Shown piece by piece: positions 27,971 to 38,900 of a stretch of DNA of 64,000 nt (position 1 is the stretch's first letter; every line of letters starts with the position of its first letter). The position numbers and the translations under genes are program-made. The notes under the pieces are model-generated. The model ran no database searches. It saw nothing but the letters and a program-made list of their open reading frames with translations, and was not told the DNA's origin. Location of the stretch: the NCBI GenBank assembly GCA_045559735.1, contig JBJLJN010000013.1:1343-65342 (forward strand). The letters run 5' to 3'. The stretch is from Candidatus Thalassarchaeum sp. GTDB lineage: Archaea > Thermoplasmatota > Poseidoniia > Poseidoniales > Thalassarchaeaceae.

Positions 27971-27992
27971 CTGTCCACGATTCCCACAGCGC

Positions 27993-30900
27993 ATGGCTGG
28001 CATGGGACGTACTCGAAGTCACTTCCTAGTATTTCTGATGCTCAGCAGCCTACTCGTGGCTCTAGTAGGGCCCGCCGCCCCCGTCTCGGCGAATAACGAG
28101 ACCACCGCAGGCACAGTCTCGGGTACCGAGACTTGGTCCGGAGTGCACACTCTGACGGGTGATGTTGTAATTGCATCTGGCGCTAAACTGATAATCCAAC
28201 CTGGGACAACTGTGGTCTTCCCCAACGGGACTCATCTAGATGTCCGTGGTAACCTCTGCGCAGGGGTTTCTGCATGTGGGGCAAGCAGTGATGCCAGCAC
28301 AGCTCAGAGAATCACCTTCGAGTGGACAGATCCCTCCAATGGTAGCGCCAGAGGTGAGTGCTACGGCATGAGTTATGGCAACCAACAGATTTGGGTCGAG
28401 GACCCATCTTGCTACGAGGGAGTATTGATTCGAAACACAATCGACCTGTCGCAGACGGGACTCAAGTTCATCACCATAGATGGTGCTTGGGGAATCCCAT
28501 ACTACGTCCCGACGGTCTTCCAGTGGAGGTACGGAGCACTCGTTATCGATGGCGCCAGCCCGGTGCTGAATGAGATCGAATTCTCGGACATAAACACTAC
28601 CAGCGTTCTGACGACGAATCTGGCACAACCTCGGTTCGTAGGTGGGGAATACGTGGTTGGTAATGACGACTCCAGCGGCGTCCGAGGTTCTGCTGTCCAG
28701 ATATACAGTTCTGGCACCCCTGTCACTCCATTGATTCTCGATTCACCGAGCCTAGTTGGGACTAATGTGGGATGCAGTAGGCAGGCACCAAGTAGACCTG
28801 CCGTTTGGGCTCAAGACACCTTCATAGAAATCTCCGATGCTAATGTGGATGTTGGGGACTATGGAATCAGCTTGCGTAATTCAGCCGGAACAATCACCAA
28901 TTCGGAGATTACTGTGAACTGCAATGGAATCGACATCAACAGCAGGAAGGCGATTGGCAACGTAGATTACGAGATCGACATCGTCAACAACGAGATTACG
29001 ACTGGAGATGGAGCACCAATCACCGTCTTCCAGGGCGGTTTGGCCAGTATTATTGACAATGAGCTAGAAGGTGCAGCAGAATCATCCGGCATAGCAATAG
29101 ATTCCAGTGAAGTCAAGATTCTAAACAACGACATAGGGCCAATCGGGGGCTGGAATGGTCTGTGGATGCTTGGCTCGTTCGATGTGATTGCGGAGAATAA
29201 CACAATCCATGACGTGGCAAGGGAGCCCATACGTGCCGGAGAATATGGCAGCAGCGCTCCGGCACCTTCTGCAGCGAGAGTATTCCTCGCCAACAATACC
29301 ATTTCGACTGATGGAACCGGCACATGCAGCGAAACTAGATATGACGATTGGGACGGCGATTTCACCTGTCCCGTTGTACATGCTTACAGATCCGGAATTT
29401 CGATGTACGACAACACGATTAACGCTGCAGGCGATGCAGATGGAATCCGTGCCGTAGGGGCTCTACTTAACATTCAGAGAAACACCTTCAATGTCCCCGG
29501 AACCGGAGCCGTCTTGAAGCACTACAACGATGGTTACGCGGGTTCCCAACAGTATGGGACGCTGGCTTTCTTCTCTCACAACACTTGGTCGGGTGTCGGG
29601 ATGACCTACAATGTCACCAAGAGCTCCGTCACTGTGCAGTCTGAGTACATCCCTTCGCCCCCTCCTAATGTTTACCCAGTGCAATTGGTTTGGTCAGACC
29701 AAGAGGCTTGGCCAGCCAACCAGTTCCAGACTTCCATTGTGCCCACCTCCGTCAAGGAATGCCCCAACTGTGCCGATTTCACCCCGATTGGCTTCCCCCT
29801 ATCGATAGGTGACGGGATGGGCATCTCTTCTGCGATGGACAACAACTCCACCACATTCACATTCGCTAATCTCTCCAACCTCGATCGCACCAAGATTCAC
29901 ATTGAGACTCAGCCCACTCCCTATGCAGTTCAGGTACGTAGGGCGGAAATGGTCCGCTTTCAAACGCTAGTAAACGGGGAGAGGGTCGGGGATGCCAATG
30001 TACTCATCGAGGATGCTTTGGGCAACGATTTGTACTCTCTGTATACCGAGGATGACGGCTATACGCCTTGGTTCGCACTACCTTCAGACTTCCATTTAGA
30101 TATCAGAGGACTAGGGGGAGGGGACAACCCGGACGGCTTCGCTGATGACCAGTACGAGGACTCGTGTAGCGACGGCATTGACAATGACGGCGATCTCACA
30201 GTGGACACTGATGACGAGGATTGCGACTACCTCGCCGGAACTAGGGAACTCTCACGCTACTACTATACTGCATACAGATTCGGATTCGGATATGCCAGAG
30301 GCAACTTCACTCTTACAGACACTACCATGCAAGACACCATCAATATGGCCAATAGTGCCCCTACAGTATACGTCACCCAATCTGACGGCCATTCCTTCCG
30401 CAAGTCCGTCAATCTGACAGGCAGTGCACATGATGGAAATCTCGTAGGAGTTTATGCATCCGATGAGTTGGCACAGTGGGATCAAGGAGGATATGTCCAC
30501 GAGGTCCAAATCAAGGATCCCTTCACCAGCCAGTGGTCAAGCGCAGGTCTGGCTGTGGATACCAGCGGCATGGGCGAGGGGCAGGTCACAAAGACCAACC
30601 GTCCATTCAGTTCGTGGTATTATGAGATAGATATGAGTAACAGAGAGGAAGGGGACTATGTATTCGAGATTCGCGCCTTCGACGGGATTGACTACAGCCC
30701 AATTATTTACAGGACTGTCAAGCTCAATGTGCAGGCTCCAACTATCTCAGTTTCATCACCTAGCCCATTCTCCACACACTCCGAGGGAAGCGTTACCTTC
30801 GAGGGCACAGCCTTCGATCACTATGGGTGTCCTGTGGAATGCAGCAAGGACCTCGAAGACATATATTTTCAAATCCAAGGGCCGAACTTCGAGGTCACTA

Positions 30901-32336
30901 CGCCTGCTGATGGAGGCGCCGAGTGGACCTGGACTTGGGACTTCACCGGCCTGCCTAGGGAAATCGCAACCTATACATTCACTATTTGGGCCTCGGATAG
31001 TGACTTCTGTCAGGGGTTCATGGATGAGTGCGAACCCACCGAACTGACTCTAACTATAGACAACTCGAACAGCAAGCCCTTCATCAGCCTGATTACCCCC
31101 TATGAAGGACAGAGACTATCAGTATCTGCCTCGACGGTCTTTGAGGGCGTAGCGAGGGACAATGATGGTACTGTGTCCAGAGTGGACTTTGAGATCAAGG
31201 ATGTAGCCAATAATTTCCTGTTGGTGATTTCTGACTCGGTTTCCGACTTTGCTCCGAACGGTGCATGGAGTCTGGAGTGGGATTCAACAGTACTACTACA
31301 TGACAGGCAGTACTTGGTGAGATTCAGGTCATACGATGGCTACGATTACAGCGACTGGGTGGAGGCAACTATCATTGCCGACAACCCACCTGATGCAGGC
31401 AATTCACAGCCAACATTCGATTCATCGGATTGGTCCGATGAGATTATCTTGTTCTGCGAGACCAACTCCCAGTCCCAGGATAGGTGCACCAAAGCCGAAA
31501 TCGACCTGCTACAGTTCTTCGATGATATCGATCCAGGTCAGGACCTTCTACTCTCTGTTTACGACAGAGACGATTCAGATGCTGATGACCTCCATAGCAT
31601 CGTCGTAAACGTCGGTGCCGATGGTATCGCGGTGTACAACCCTGTCACCATGTTCTTCTACGATACGGACATGTCGACATGGACACTGGAGAATGTAGTC
31701 TTCGTGGCCACTGACACTTTCGGCTCCAAGATCAACTCCAACCCGGTCACCATGTCTGTAGAAGGAATTCTGTTCACCATCACACCTCCTGAAGACTCGA
31801 CCATAGATGATGATGAGATAGCGGTATTCACAGGCATTGGGCTACCTGGAAAGACCGTTACAGTGACAATAGCAGGCAACAACGTCAACAACACGTTAGT
31901 CAAAACTGATTCTACATGGTCTCTGGGGGTTCCCGCCTCAAGAATTGAAGACAGTGCAACACCTGTATTCAATTACGGCAGCCAAGATTTCGAAGGCTCA
32001 AGAATCACCGTCTCTGGATCCGGAGGGGATGGAATGGGTCTTGGCTCAATCTTTTTAATCGCCATAGTGGCACTCACCGTGCTCGGAGGATTGGTCTATT
32101 TCTTCGTGGAATTTGAGGTCGATGAGGACGAAATGCTAGAGGGTACTGCTGAGGCACACCAGGGTGCAGATGAGCCTGAAGACCCCTATGCTTGGGCAGG
32201 AGATATCAGCACCGATGGAGATGAGCAAGAAGATGAATCTGTATCCAGACTCCAGAAGCATGAGGATCATCCTGGGTGGTTGTGGGATTCCGATAACCAA
32301 GAGTGGGTACCTGATCCTGAGCACCCGCAGTCATGA
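27993..32336 (+). CDS. Giant exported right-handed beta-helix (PbH1) / Ig-like repeat surface protein with C-terminal TM anchor and acidic cytoplasmic tail
   Basis: Signal peptide FLVFLMLSSLLVALVGPAAPVSA. PbH1-type repeats (NSEITVNCNGIDIN.., NNEITTGDGAPITVFQGGLASIIDNELEG, SGIAIDSSEVKILNNDIG, ENNTIHDVAREPIRAG). CSDGIDNDGDLTVDTDDEDCD motif. Several Ig-like modules (ISVSSPSPFSTHSEGSVTFEGTAFD; ISLITPYEGQRLSVSAS..FEGVARDNDGTVSRVDFEI). TM helix IFLIAIVALTVLGGLVYFFV. Confidence 0.8.
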   Translation: MAGMGRTRSHFLVFLMLSSLLVALVGPAAPVSANNETTAGTVSGTETWSGVHTLTGDVVIASGAKLIIQPGTTVVFPNGTHLDVRGNLCAGVSACGASSDASTAQRITFEWTDPSNGSARGECYGMSYGNQQIWVEDPSCYEGVLIRNTIDLSQTGLKFITIDGAWGIPYYVPTVFQWRYGALVIDGASPVLNEIEFSDINTTSVLTTNLAQPRFVGGEYVVGNDDSSGVRGSAVQIYSSGTPVTPLILDSPSLVGTNVGCSRQAPSRPAVWAQDTFIEISDANVDVGDYGISLRNSAGTITNSEITVNCNGIDINSRKAIGNVDYEIDIVNNEITTGDGAPITVFQGGLASIIDNELEGAAESSGIAIDSSEVKILNNDIGPIGGWNGLWMLGSFDVIAENNTIHDVAREPIRAGEYGSSAPAPSAARVFLANNTISTDGTGTCSETRYDDWDGDFTCPVVHAYRSGISMYDNTINAAGDADGIRAVGALLNIQRNTFNVPGTGAVLKHYNDGYAGSQQYGTLAFFSHNTWSGVGMTYNVTKSSVTVQSEYIPSPPPNVYPVQLVWSDQEAWPANQFQTSIVPTSVKECPNCADFTPIGFPLSIGDGMGISSAMDNNSTTFTFANLSNLDRTKIHIETQPTPYAVQVRRAEMVRFQTLVNGERVGDANVLIEDALGNDLYSLYTEDDGYTPWFALPSDFHLDIRGLGGGDNPDGFADDQYEDSCSDGIDNDGDLTVDTDDEDCDYLAGTRELSRYYYTAYRFGFGYARGNFTLTDTTMQDTINMANSAPTVYVTQSDGHSFRKSVNLTGSAHDGNLVGVYASDELAQWDQGGYVHEVQIKDPFTSQWSSAGLAVDTSGMGEGQVTKTNRPFSSWYYEIDMSNREEGDYVFEIRAFDGIDYSPIIYRTVKLNVQAPTISVSSPSPFSTHSEGSVTFEGTAFDHYGCPVECSKDLEDIYFQIQGPNFEVTTPADGGAEWTWTWDFTGLPREIATYTFTIWASDSDFCQGFMDECEPTELTLTIDNSNSKPFISLITPYEGQRLSVSASTVFEGVARDNDGTVSRVDFEIKDVANNFLLVISDSVSDFAPNGAWSLEWDSTVLLHDRQYLVRFRSYDGYDYSDWVEATIIADNPPDAGNSQPTFDSSDWSDEIILFCETNSQSQDRCTKAEIDLLQFFDDIDPGQDLLLSVYDRDDSDADDLHSIVVNVGADGIAVYNPVTMFFYDTDMSTWTLENVVFVATDTFGSKINSNPVTMSVEGILFTITPPEDSTIDDDEIAVFTGIGLPGKTVTVTIAGNNVNNTLVKTDSTWSLGVPASRIEDSATPVFNYGSQDFEGSRITVSGSGGDGMGLGSIFLIAIVALTVLGGLVYFFVEFEVDEDEMLEGTAEAHQGADEPEDPYAWAGDISTDGDEQEDESVSRLQKHEDHPGWLWDSDNQEWVPDPEHPQS

Positions 32337-32394
32337 TTCATGTCCGGCGCGCCTCTCACGAAACTTCTTGTGTGGATGATTGTGCTCGACCAAT

Positions 32395-34923
32395 ATGACA
32401 ACCATGGCTGTTACCCGGCCGGGGGTCCAAGAGCGCATTTTACTTCATCTGAGGGACTATGTCGATCATGCAGACAAGGTTGAAGTCCCCTTTGCCCTCT
32501 CTCAGATGGGAATAGCCAATGCGGTTGCTATAGCCCGATCAAATGTGCCCCGTGCCATAGCAGGTATGCGCGAACAGGGACACCTCATCGAGAGACAGGC
32601 CCACGTCTCAGGTGTCTCTCGCAAGCGCAAGGCATACTTCTTGACTGAGGAAGGCGCCAGCATAGCTGATGATATCTGGGCTAAGGTCAGCACCCAGAAA
32701 ATCAGAATAATCCTCCCAGATGGACGTTCAGAGACAATGGAGCTGGGGCATGCGCTTGAATCGACTGACCTGCCCCTGAGGCATGTTGACTTCCTCAGAT
32801 ATCTGGATGAGACCGGCACAGTCGATATTTCGACCCTTTCTCCAGAACTAATTGAGAGAGATTTATCCAAGCACATAGAGAAACAACTCGTGACTTCGCT
32901 GAATGACATCCCTAGGACTAGACGCTTCTTCGGCAGAGAAGATGAGCTTGATAGTATGGTGGGTCTACTTGAGGACCATTCCAGTTCCATACTGGTACCA
33001 GGCATAGCAGGAATTGGAAAGACTTCATTGGCCGGAAAGCTCCTAGAGAGATTCACACACAGGCGCAACCTACTCTACCATCGCTGTCAAGACTGGGAGG
33101 GTTCCAGAGCATTCTTCGAGGCCACTTCTGAGTGGTTGTCTGCACTGGGTCATAATGACCTTTCTGACTACTTGGCCGCGACTCCAGTCCCTCAGGCAAC
33201 GATGGCAGTGAATCTGATTCTAGAAGGTCTTCAGGACACTCCTGCTCTTATTGTAATCGACGACCTCCACAAGGTGGGAGACGAGACACTGATTTCCGCC
33301 CTCAGGACTCTCACTGTCAGAATTCCTGAGTTGGAAGAAGTAGGGCTGGTTATGTTCTCGCGATCATTCAGAATGGTCGTTCCCGAGTCCGACTCAACCG
33401 GCCGTATTGTGGCCCTCGTGATGCCTCTGGAAGGACTCGATCAGGAATCCAGTAGGCAGATTCTGACAACCATGCCAAACATCGACATGACACAATTCCT
33501 GCACATCTATACACTCTCTAGGGGGCACCCACTAGTTCTGGAGCTGATTAATCGAGGTAATGTTGGAGAGACCTTCCACGCCACTCTCGAGGCCTTCGTC
33601 GAGCAAGAGATCTTCAGCCGACTATCGGGGCCCGAAAAGAGGATGCTGGGTGCAATTGCCGTGTTCAGAGAGCCCATGCCGCTGGAGTCGATTAGTGCAT
33701 TGGATACTGAAACTGAGTTGCTTGACAGCCTGGTGGAGAAGGGCTTGGCACGACAGGTAGATAGCGATCATTACGATGTTCACGACCTAGTCCGAGAATT
33801 CCTAACTAGGTCCATGGAAGAATCCCTGCGCCAAGAGTTACACAGCAACGCGAAGGAGTGGTATAGGACTCGGAGAGAGACCGCAGCTGACCGAATTGAG
33901 TACATCTATCACCTCAATGAGTCAGGTGGTTCCGATGACCTAGCCGAGGTACTCTCCTCCGAAGGGCACGGCCTAGTGAAGGCAGGCCATACCGAATTGC
34001 TCGGTATCCTGAGATCCCTTGAGAGGGAGGGCTTCGATGCCAGAAGTTGGTGCATCATCAGAGAACTCAGGGGCGATATCCTGTCTATACAAGGGCGTTG
34101 GGATGAGGCTGAGGCTGAGTATGACGCGGCAATCCCAAATGCCCGAAAGAACAACATGCCCGAAGAACTCTCACGTCTACTATCTGCTAGAGCTGACATC
34201 GCAGTCAAGCGCGGCGCAATGGACGATGCATTGGAGATGCATCGTAAGGCCCTTGAGATTCAGATTAAGCTGAGGGACTCTGTTGGTGCTGCACGCTCCT
34301 ACAACAACATGGGTTACATATTCAGGCGAAGGGGAGATACTAGGCACGCCTTGGAGGTATACTCAAACGTCGAGAAACTGCTCGAATCCGAGGACCATAA
34401 AGAATTGTACGAAGCTCGTATTAGGATGGCCGCCGCTTATCTTGAGATGGGGGAACTCGATCGAGCTAGAGAGCACGCCATCAGGGCATTTGAAGAGACC
34501 GAGGAGCGAGATACTCACATCTCACATGCCAGAGCTATGGCTGTTCTCGGCAGGTACTATGCCCGAGTCAAAGAGAACGAGCTGGCTATGCAGTATTATT
34601 CTGCAGCTCTTGAGATTCTGTCCGATCAAACTGATCCTCACAGCGCGGTCGAAGTATCGATGCTGCTTGGGCAGGTACTGAGCGATGCCGAACGCAAAGA
34701 AGAGGCATCCGAGCAATACATCGATGCATTGGTCCTCGCAGAGGCCAACGACTTCAGGATGTTACAGGGAGAGGTCCTCGCTCGGCTGGGAGAAGTCGAG
34801 AGCGATCGCTCGCAGAAGATGGATTACCTGCAACGTTCTCTTTCAGTATTCAGGGAGCTGGGTGCGGTCGACAGGATGCGAGAGGTCCAGAATTCAGTGC
34901 ACAGGGCCGTGATGGGACATTAG
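32395..34923 (+). CDS. wHTH - STAND/AAA-type P-loop ATPase - TPR signal-transduction regulator
   Basis: N-terminal winged-helix segment (LSQMGIANAVAIARSNVPRAIAGMREQGHLIERQ..RKRKAYFLTEEG). FFGREDELDSM then Walker A GIAGIGKTS (33001..33027) and Walker B LIVIDDLH (33247..33270). C-terminal TPR-like repeats (ARSYNNMGYIFRRRGDTRHALEVY; AAAYLEMGELDRAREHA; LGRYYARVKENELAMQYY). The ORF opens at TTG 32380; ATG 32395 is preferred. Confidence 0.8.
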   Translation: MTTMAVTRPGVQERILLHLRDYVDHADKVEVPFALSQMGIANAVAIARSNVPRAIAGMREQGHLIERQAHVSGVSRKRKAYFLTEEGASIADDIWAKVSTQKIRIILPDGRSETMELGHALESTDLPLRHVDFLRYLDETGTVDISTLSPELIERDLSKHIEKQLVTSLNDIPRTRRFFGREDELDSMVGLLEDHSSSILVPGIAGIGKTSLAGKLLERFTHRRNLLYHRCQDWEGSRAFFEATSEWLSALGHNDLSDYLAATPVPQATMAVNLILEGLQDTPALIVIDDLHKVGDETLISALRTLTVRIPELEEVGLVMFSRSFRMVVPESDSTGRIVALVMPLEGLDQESSRQILTTMPNIDMTQFLHIYTLSRGHPLVLELINRGNVGETFHATLEAFVEQEIFSRLSGPEKRMLGAIAVFREPMPLESISALDTETELLDSLVEKGLARQVDSDHYDVHDLVREFLTRSMEESLRQELHSNAKEWYRTRRETAADRIEYIYHLNESGGSDDLAEVLSSEGHGLVKAGHTELLGILRSLEREGFDARSWCIIRELRGDILSIQGRWDEAEAEYDAAIPNARKNNMPEELSRLLSARADIAVKRGAMDDALEMHRKALEIQIKLRDSVGAARSYNNMGYIFRRRGDTRHALEVYSNVEKLLESEDHKELYEARIRMAAAYLEMGELDRAREHAIRAFEETEERDTHISHARAMAVLGRYYARVKENELAMQYYSAALEILSDQTDPHSAVEVSMLLGQVLSDAERKEEASEQYIDALVLAEANDFRMLQGEVLARLGEVESDRSQKMDYLQRSLSVFRELGAVDRMREVQNSVHRAVMGH

Positions 34924-35723
34924 GGTCTGCCCACTATCCCCTCAGGTTCGGACTGGCCGAGCCAGTTGCTGAACTCGGGGCCACTCTGCATAGAGATTCC
35001 GATACTCCCGGAGAATCTCTCCCCCATCGCCATCAGGACCTCGCTTTCGGCGAGATGGGGGGCGTTGTTACTCTCAGACAGGTGACATAGAACCAGACTC
35101 TCCAGTCGATTACTTACGACCTCGGACAGAGCACCCCCAGTCTGTGAGTTAGACAGGTGACCTCCCCTACCTGAAATTCTGCGTTTGAGGGATTCTGGGT
35201 ACGGCCCAGTCATTAGCCTGCCATGGTCATAATTCGCCTCAATCGATATATGGCTACATCCTGAAAGATGACGCAGTAAATCCATAGTCAGCTCCCCTAA
35301 GTCAGTCACAACTGCTGCTCGACGACCATCACCATTACTTGCAATCACAGCGACGTTGTCAGCATCATCATGAGGCACGGGAATAGGTAACAGACTGATC
35401 TCATCACTCACTACTATCCTCTCTAATGCTCCAAAGGTTCTGCATTCGGCCATTGGCTCCCAACCCATCCTATTTGCCGTCTCAAGGTTGGAGTGGAGGG
35501 ATGCTTCCCAGTTTTTTGAGGCCCGCAGAGCCGTCCTTGAATGGTCAGAGTGATGATGAGTCACCAATATCGCATCAATCATTGACGGCTCAACATCAAC
35601 CATTTGCAGCCTCGTCTCCATCTGCTTTAGCGAGAAGCCGCAGTCGATCAGGACATTTGTTCCATCAGACCTGAGCAGAGTGGAGTTTCCGGCACTCCCG
35701 GAGCCTAGATGAGTAATCTCCAT
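34920..35723 (-). CDS. Metallo-beta-lactamase-fold hydrolase (PhnP/YycJ-like)
   Basis: MEITHLGSGSAGNSTLLRSDGTNVLIDCG and the HxHxDH motif LVTHHHSDHS; later H/D ligand contexts (VPHDDADN, GHLS). The ORF is trimmed from 35783 to the Met of MEITHLG (35723). Confidence 0.8.
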   Translation of the reverse strand: MEITHLGSGSAGNSTLLRSDGTNVLIDCGFSLKQMETRLQMVDVEPSMIDAILVTHHHSDHSRTALRASKNWEASLHSNLETANRMGWEPMAECRTFGALERIVVSDEISLLPIPVPHDDADNVAVIASNGDGRRAAVVTDLGELTMDLLRHLSGCSHISIEANYDHGRLMTGPYPESLKRRISGRGGHLSNSQTGGALSEVVSNRLESLVLCHLSESNNAPHLAESEVLMAMGERFSGSIGISMQSGPEFSNWLGQSEPEGIVGRP

Positions 35724-35907
35724 GCTCATGGCGAGCGAAACGACGCTGGCCCATCCTTGAACCAATCCATGGAAATCATACAATCAGACCTGTTTTCGAC
35801 CCACGACGGCTACGCCGTCGCCTTGCGCGCTCATGGGTCTGTCCGAACGGCGCTCCATCATCATGATAAGTCATTCAACGGCGCTGAGTGTGTAATTAGG
35901 TGAAACC

Positions 35908-38900
35908 ATGCGTCGAAAGCAGACTGCCCTGCTCATCACGCTACTCATACTAGGCAGCATGGCTTTCGTATCTCAAACACGACCGCAATCTTCGGTTTCG
36001 TCCACGGATCCAATCACTGCAGATCGAGGAGGTCCACCCGTAACAGATGAGGATGATGATCGCATACCTGATCTGCATGAGTCTATTTTCGGAGACGTTA
36101 GACTTGTAGAGACCAGCTCAGGGATAATTTCTGTCAGAGGTCTGGATCCGATGAACTCGACAGATAACATGTCAGACCACGACAGAGACGGTGCTAGTGC
36201 TTTACTGGAGTTCTGCTGGCCCTATACTCTAGATACATGCTCCGACCGTCTCTCTCTGACTGGAAAGCCACCCCAGTTCACCGAGTCAGGACTCAGGGAG
36301 TACCTCGACCCTCGAGTCTCGGACACAGATGGCGACGGCCTTCCTGACGGGTATGAGATTCACATGTGCACCGAGGGTGGGCTCGGATACCAGAATGCCA
36401 CCAATGCCTGGCAGTGCTTATGGTTTGATCCACTCGATCCCTCAGATGCATCCGAGGACATTGACAGTTGCGAAGACTTCACTTTTGGATGCGGTGATGG
36501 CTTTGATGTCAACAGAGACGGCTTTATCGATTTCGGCGAGCGTTATACCAATTCAGAGGAGTACCTGTATGGCACTCCTGATGACTGGATTACTGAGAGA
36601 GACGGGTTGTGGTGCGCAGGGGAGATACCTGGACTTTCTAGAGGTTCATGCCAAGACTCAACCGAGAGGGCCACAGGAAACGACGGCTGGCTCGGGAGCG
36701 ATCCGACCGATCCAGATTCCGATTACTATGCATGGTCGGAGATTATCGCGGTTGGGCTTGCAGTTCCTGGAGACGGCATACCAGATGGCTGGGAGGTCTA
36801 CTACGGACTCGACCCCCGAAACTCGAGCGATGCGATAGAGGATACCGACTTGGATGGTTGGGACCTCGACCGCGATGGATTCATTGTACCTGATATCTCT
36901 ACTGCAACGGTCCATTGGGGGGAAGCATTCAGCAATTACGAGGAATATATGATTCACTACGATAATGGCGCTTGGGTGACTCCAGGGCTCAGAGGTACCC
37001 AGATTACCTCTCAAGATTTCGACTATTCTACTTTCGACCAGAGCACCACTCCGGGTCTTGTCGACGGAGCAGTGCATTCTGTGATTCCAGATCAGTCCAG
37101 AGACAGATTGCTAGTTGGCTCGAGATACGGCATCACAGTGATTGATCCCTTTGACGGCAGTTCTGCACTTCATGTATTGCCGTCTGGTTTGGAGATGTAC
37201 ACTATGGAGAGATGGTCGCCCGGAGATTCCGATTACCTGCTCATCGGCACTAATGCCGGATTCCACTTCGTATCTCTCGATAACGGGATCCCTGAGATGA
37301 ATACGTTGTCTGATTCAGATTTGGGCCCAATTGACGAGATTGCCGAACTCGACACAGGGAGTGGAGATCTAGATTTGATAATCTTCGGCAATTCCTCGGC
37401 ATGGACTCTGACGATGAGTATCATCGAAGACTCCGCCGAACTTACTGATCCGGTTTTCAACGAGGCCATGAGCGAGGTACTATCTGATGCAGATGCGGAG
37501 GCCAGAGATGCCACGCATGTCCCCATGTTCGGCAGAGGGCCACTCCTGCTGGTTGGCACTGATGCGGGCCTGATTGCTTGGAACACCACCGATGGATCTA
37601 CTTCTATCGGAGAGCCCTGGTGGGTATTCGATCGTGAGAACGCCGAGGAGTTTGTCCAGCGGGCCGATCTTCTCAATATCTCTAAATCTGCTGTTGTCAA
37701 TTCATTGGTCAAGGCTGGACCCATAGATGCCACTGGACAAGTCGAGGAAGTTACAGGAGTCTGGGTCGGAACCGCAGGTGGACTCCACCTCCTTAATCTG
37801 CAACTCCTGGTCCAAATGCCGCATTCGGCCTTTGGAACAGAGGAGATGTACAATGTCGAGCGATGGTCGGAAGGTGCTAACGACATCCATTCCATTTTGC
37901 CATTGAATGGCATGATCTATCTGGGATCCAGAGATGGTACGTGGTGTTTGGAGGGAGGATACAACGGAATACTCGGGCAATGTCTCAACCAAACAAGAAT
38001 CCCTGGTCTGACCACCTCACTGACCGCTCTTGAGCACGGCTCGAGCATCTGGGTGTTCGCTGGAATCTCACCGGGGAAATACATGAACATCATGCCGATA
38101 GACCCCACTTCGGTAGACTCCGATCTCGATGGTATGCCTGACGGTTGGGAATTCATCTATGGCTTGGATCCCACAGACCCTTACGATCGAAATCGTGACG
38201 CCGACGCAGATGGTGTCAGCTACTCATCCGCTGATGGATTCACCCTAAACAGAGGTTGGTCTAATCTGGACGAGTACAGATTCGTCTCAATTAGCGAGGG
38301 AGGATTCAATGGCAGTGACCCCAGAGATGTGGATACGGATGGCGATGGCCTCACAGATGGGGAGGAGTATTGGGGATGGTTCGCCGAGTCCACCAACTTC
38401 GACTGCCATTATCTAAATGACGATTACATCTGCGACGTAGATACCGGAGACATTGCTGAACAGGTCCATCTTGAGGGTTGGTTGGGCTCAGGAGCAGGAG
38501 GGGGAACTGATGGCCCTACGGACCCCACCAATCCAGACACAGATGGAGATGGCATGCCCGATGGCTGGGAGATGGAGCATCGCAGATGGATCGGCGATGT
38601 CTACAACGGAGGTAATCTCTGGACATTGGATCCCCGTGACCCTTCAGACAAGGACGAGGATGCAGATGGCGATGGCTTGAGTAATCTATGCGAGTACTCG
38701 TGGTCTAATCTGCTTGAGAAAGTACTTCGAGAGGGTTTGCCAACTCATGGCGAGACCTCCGAAGCAGCAGAAAACTGGACCGCTACTGATCCAAACAACA
38801 TAGATTCTGACGGCGACTCTCTGCCGGACGGCTGGGAGGCTCGCTATGCCTGCTCGTGGAGCAAGGACAACGCGGGGATCAACCCACTAAATGGCTCAGA

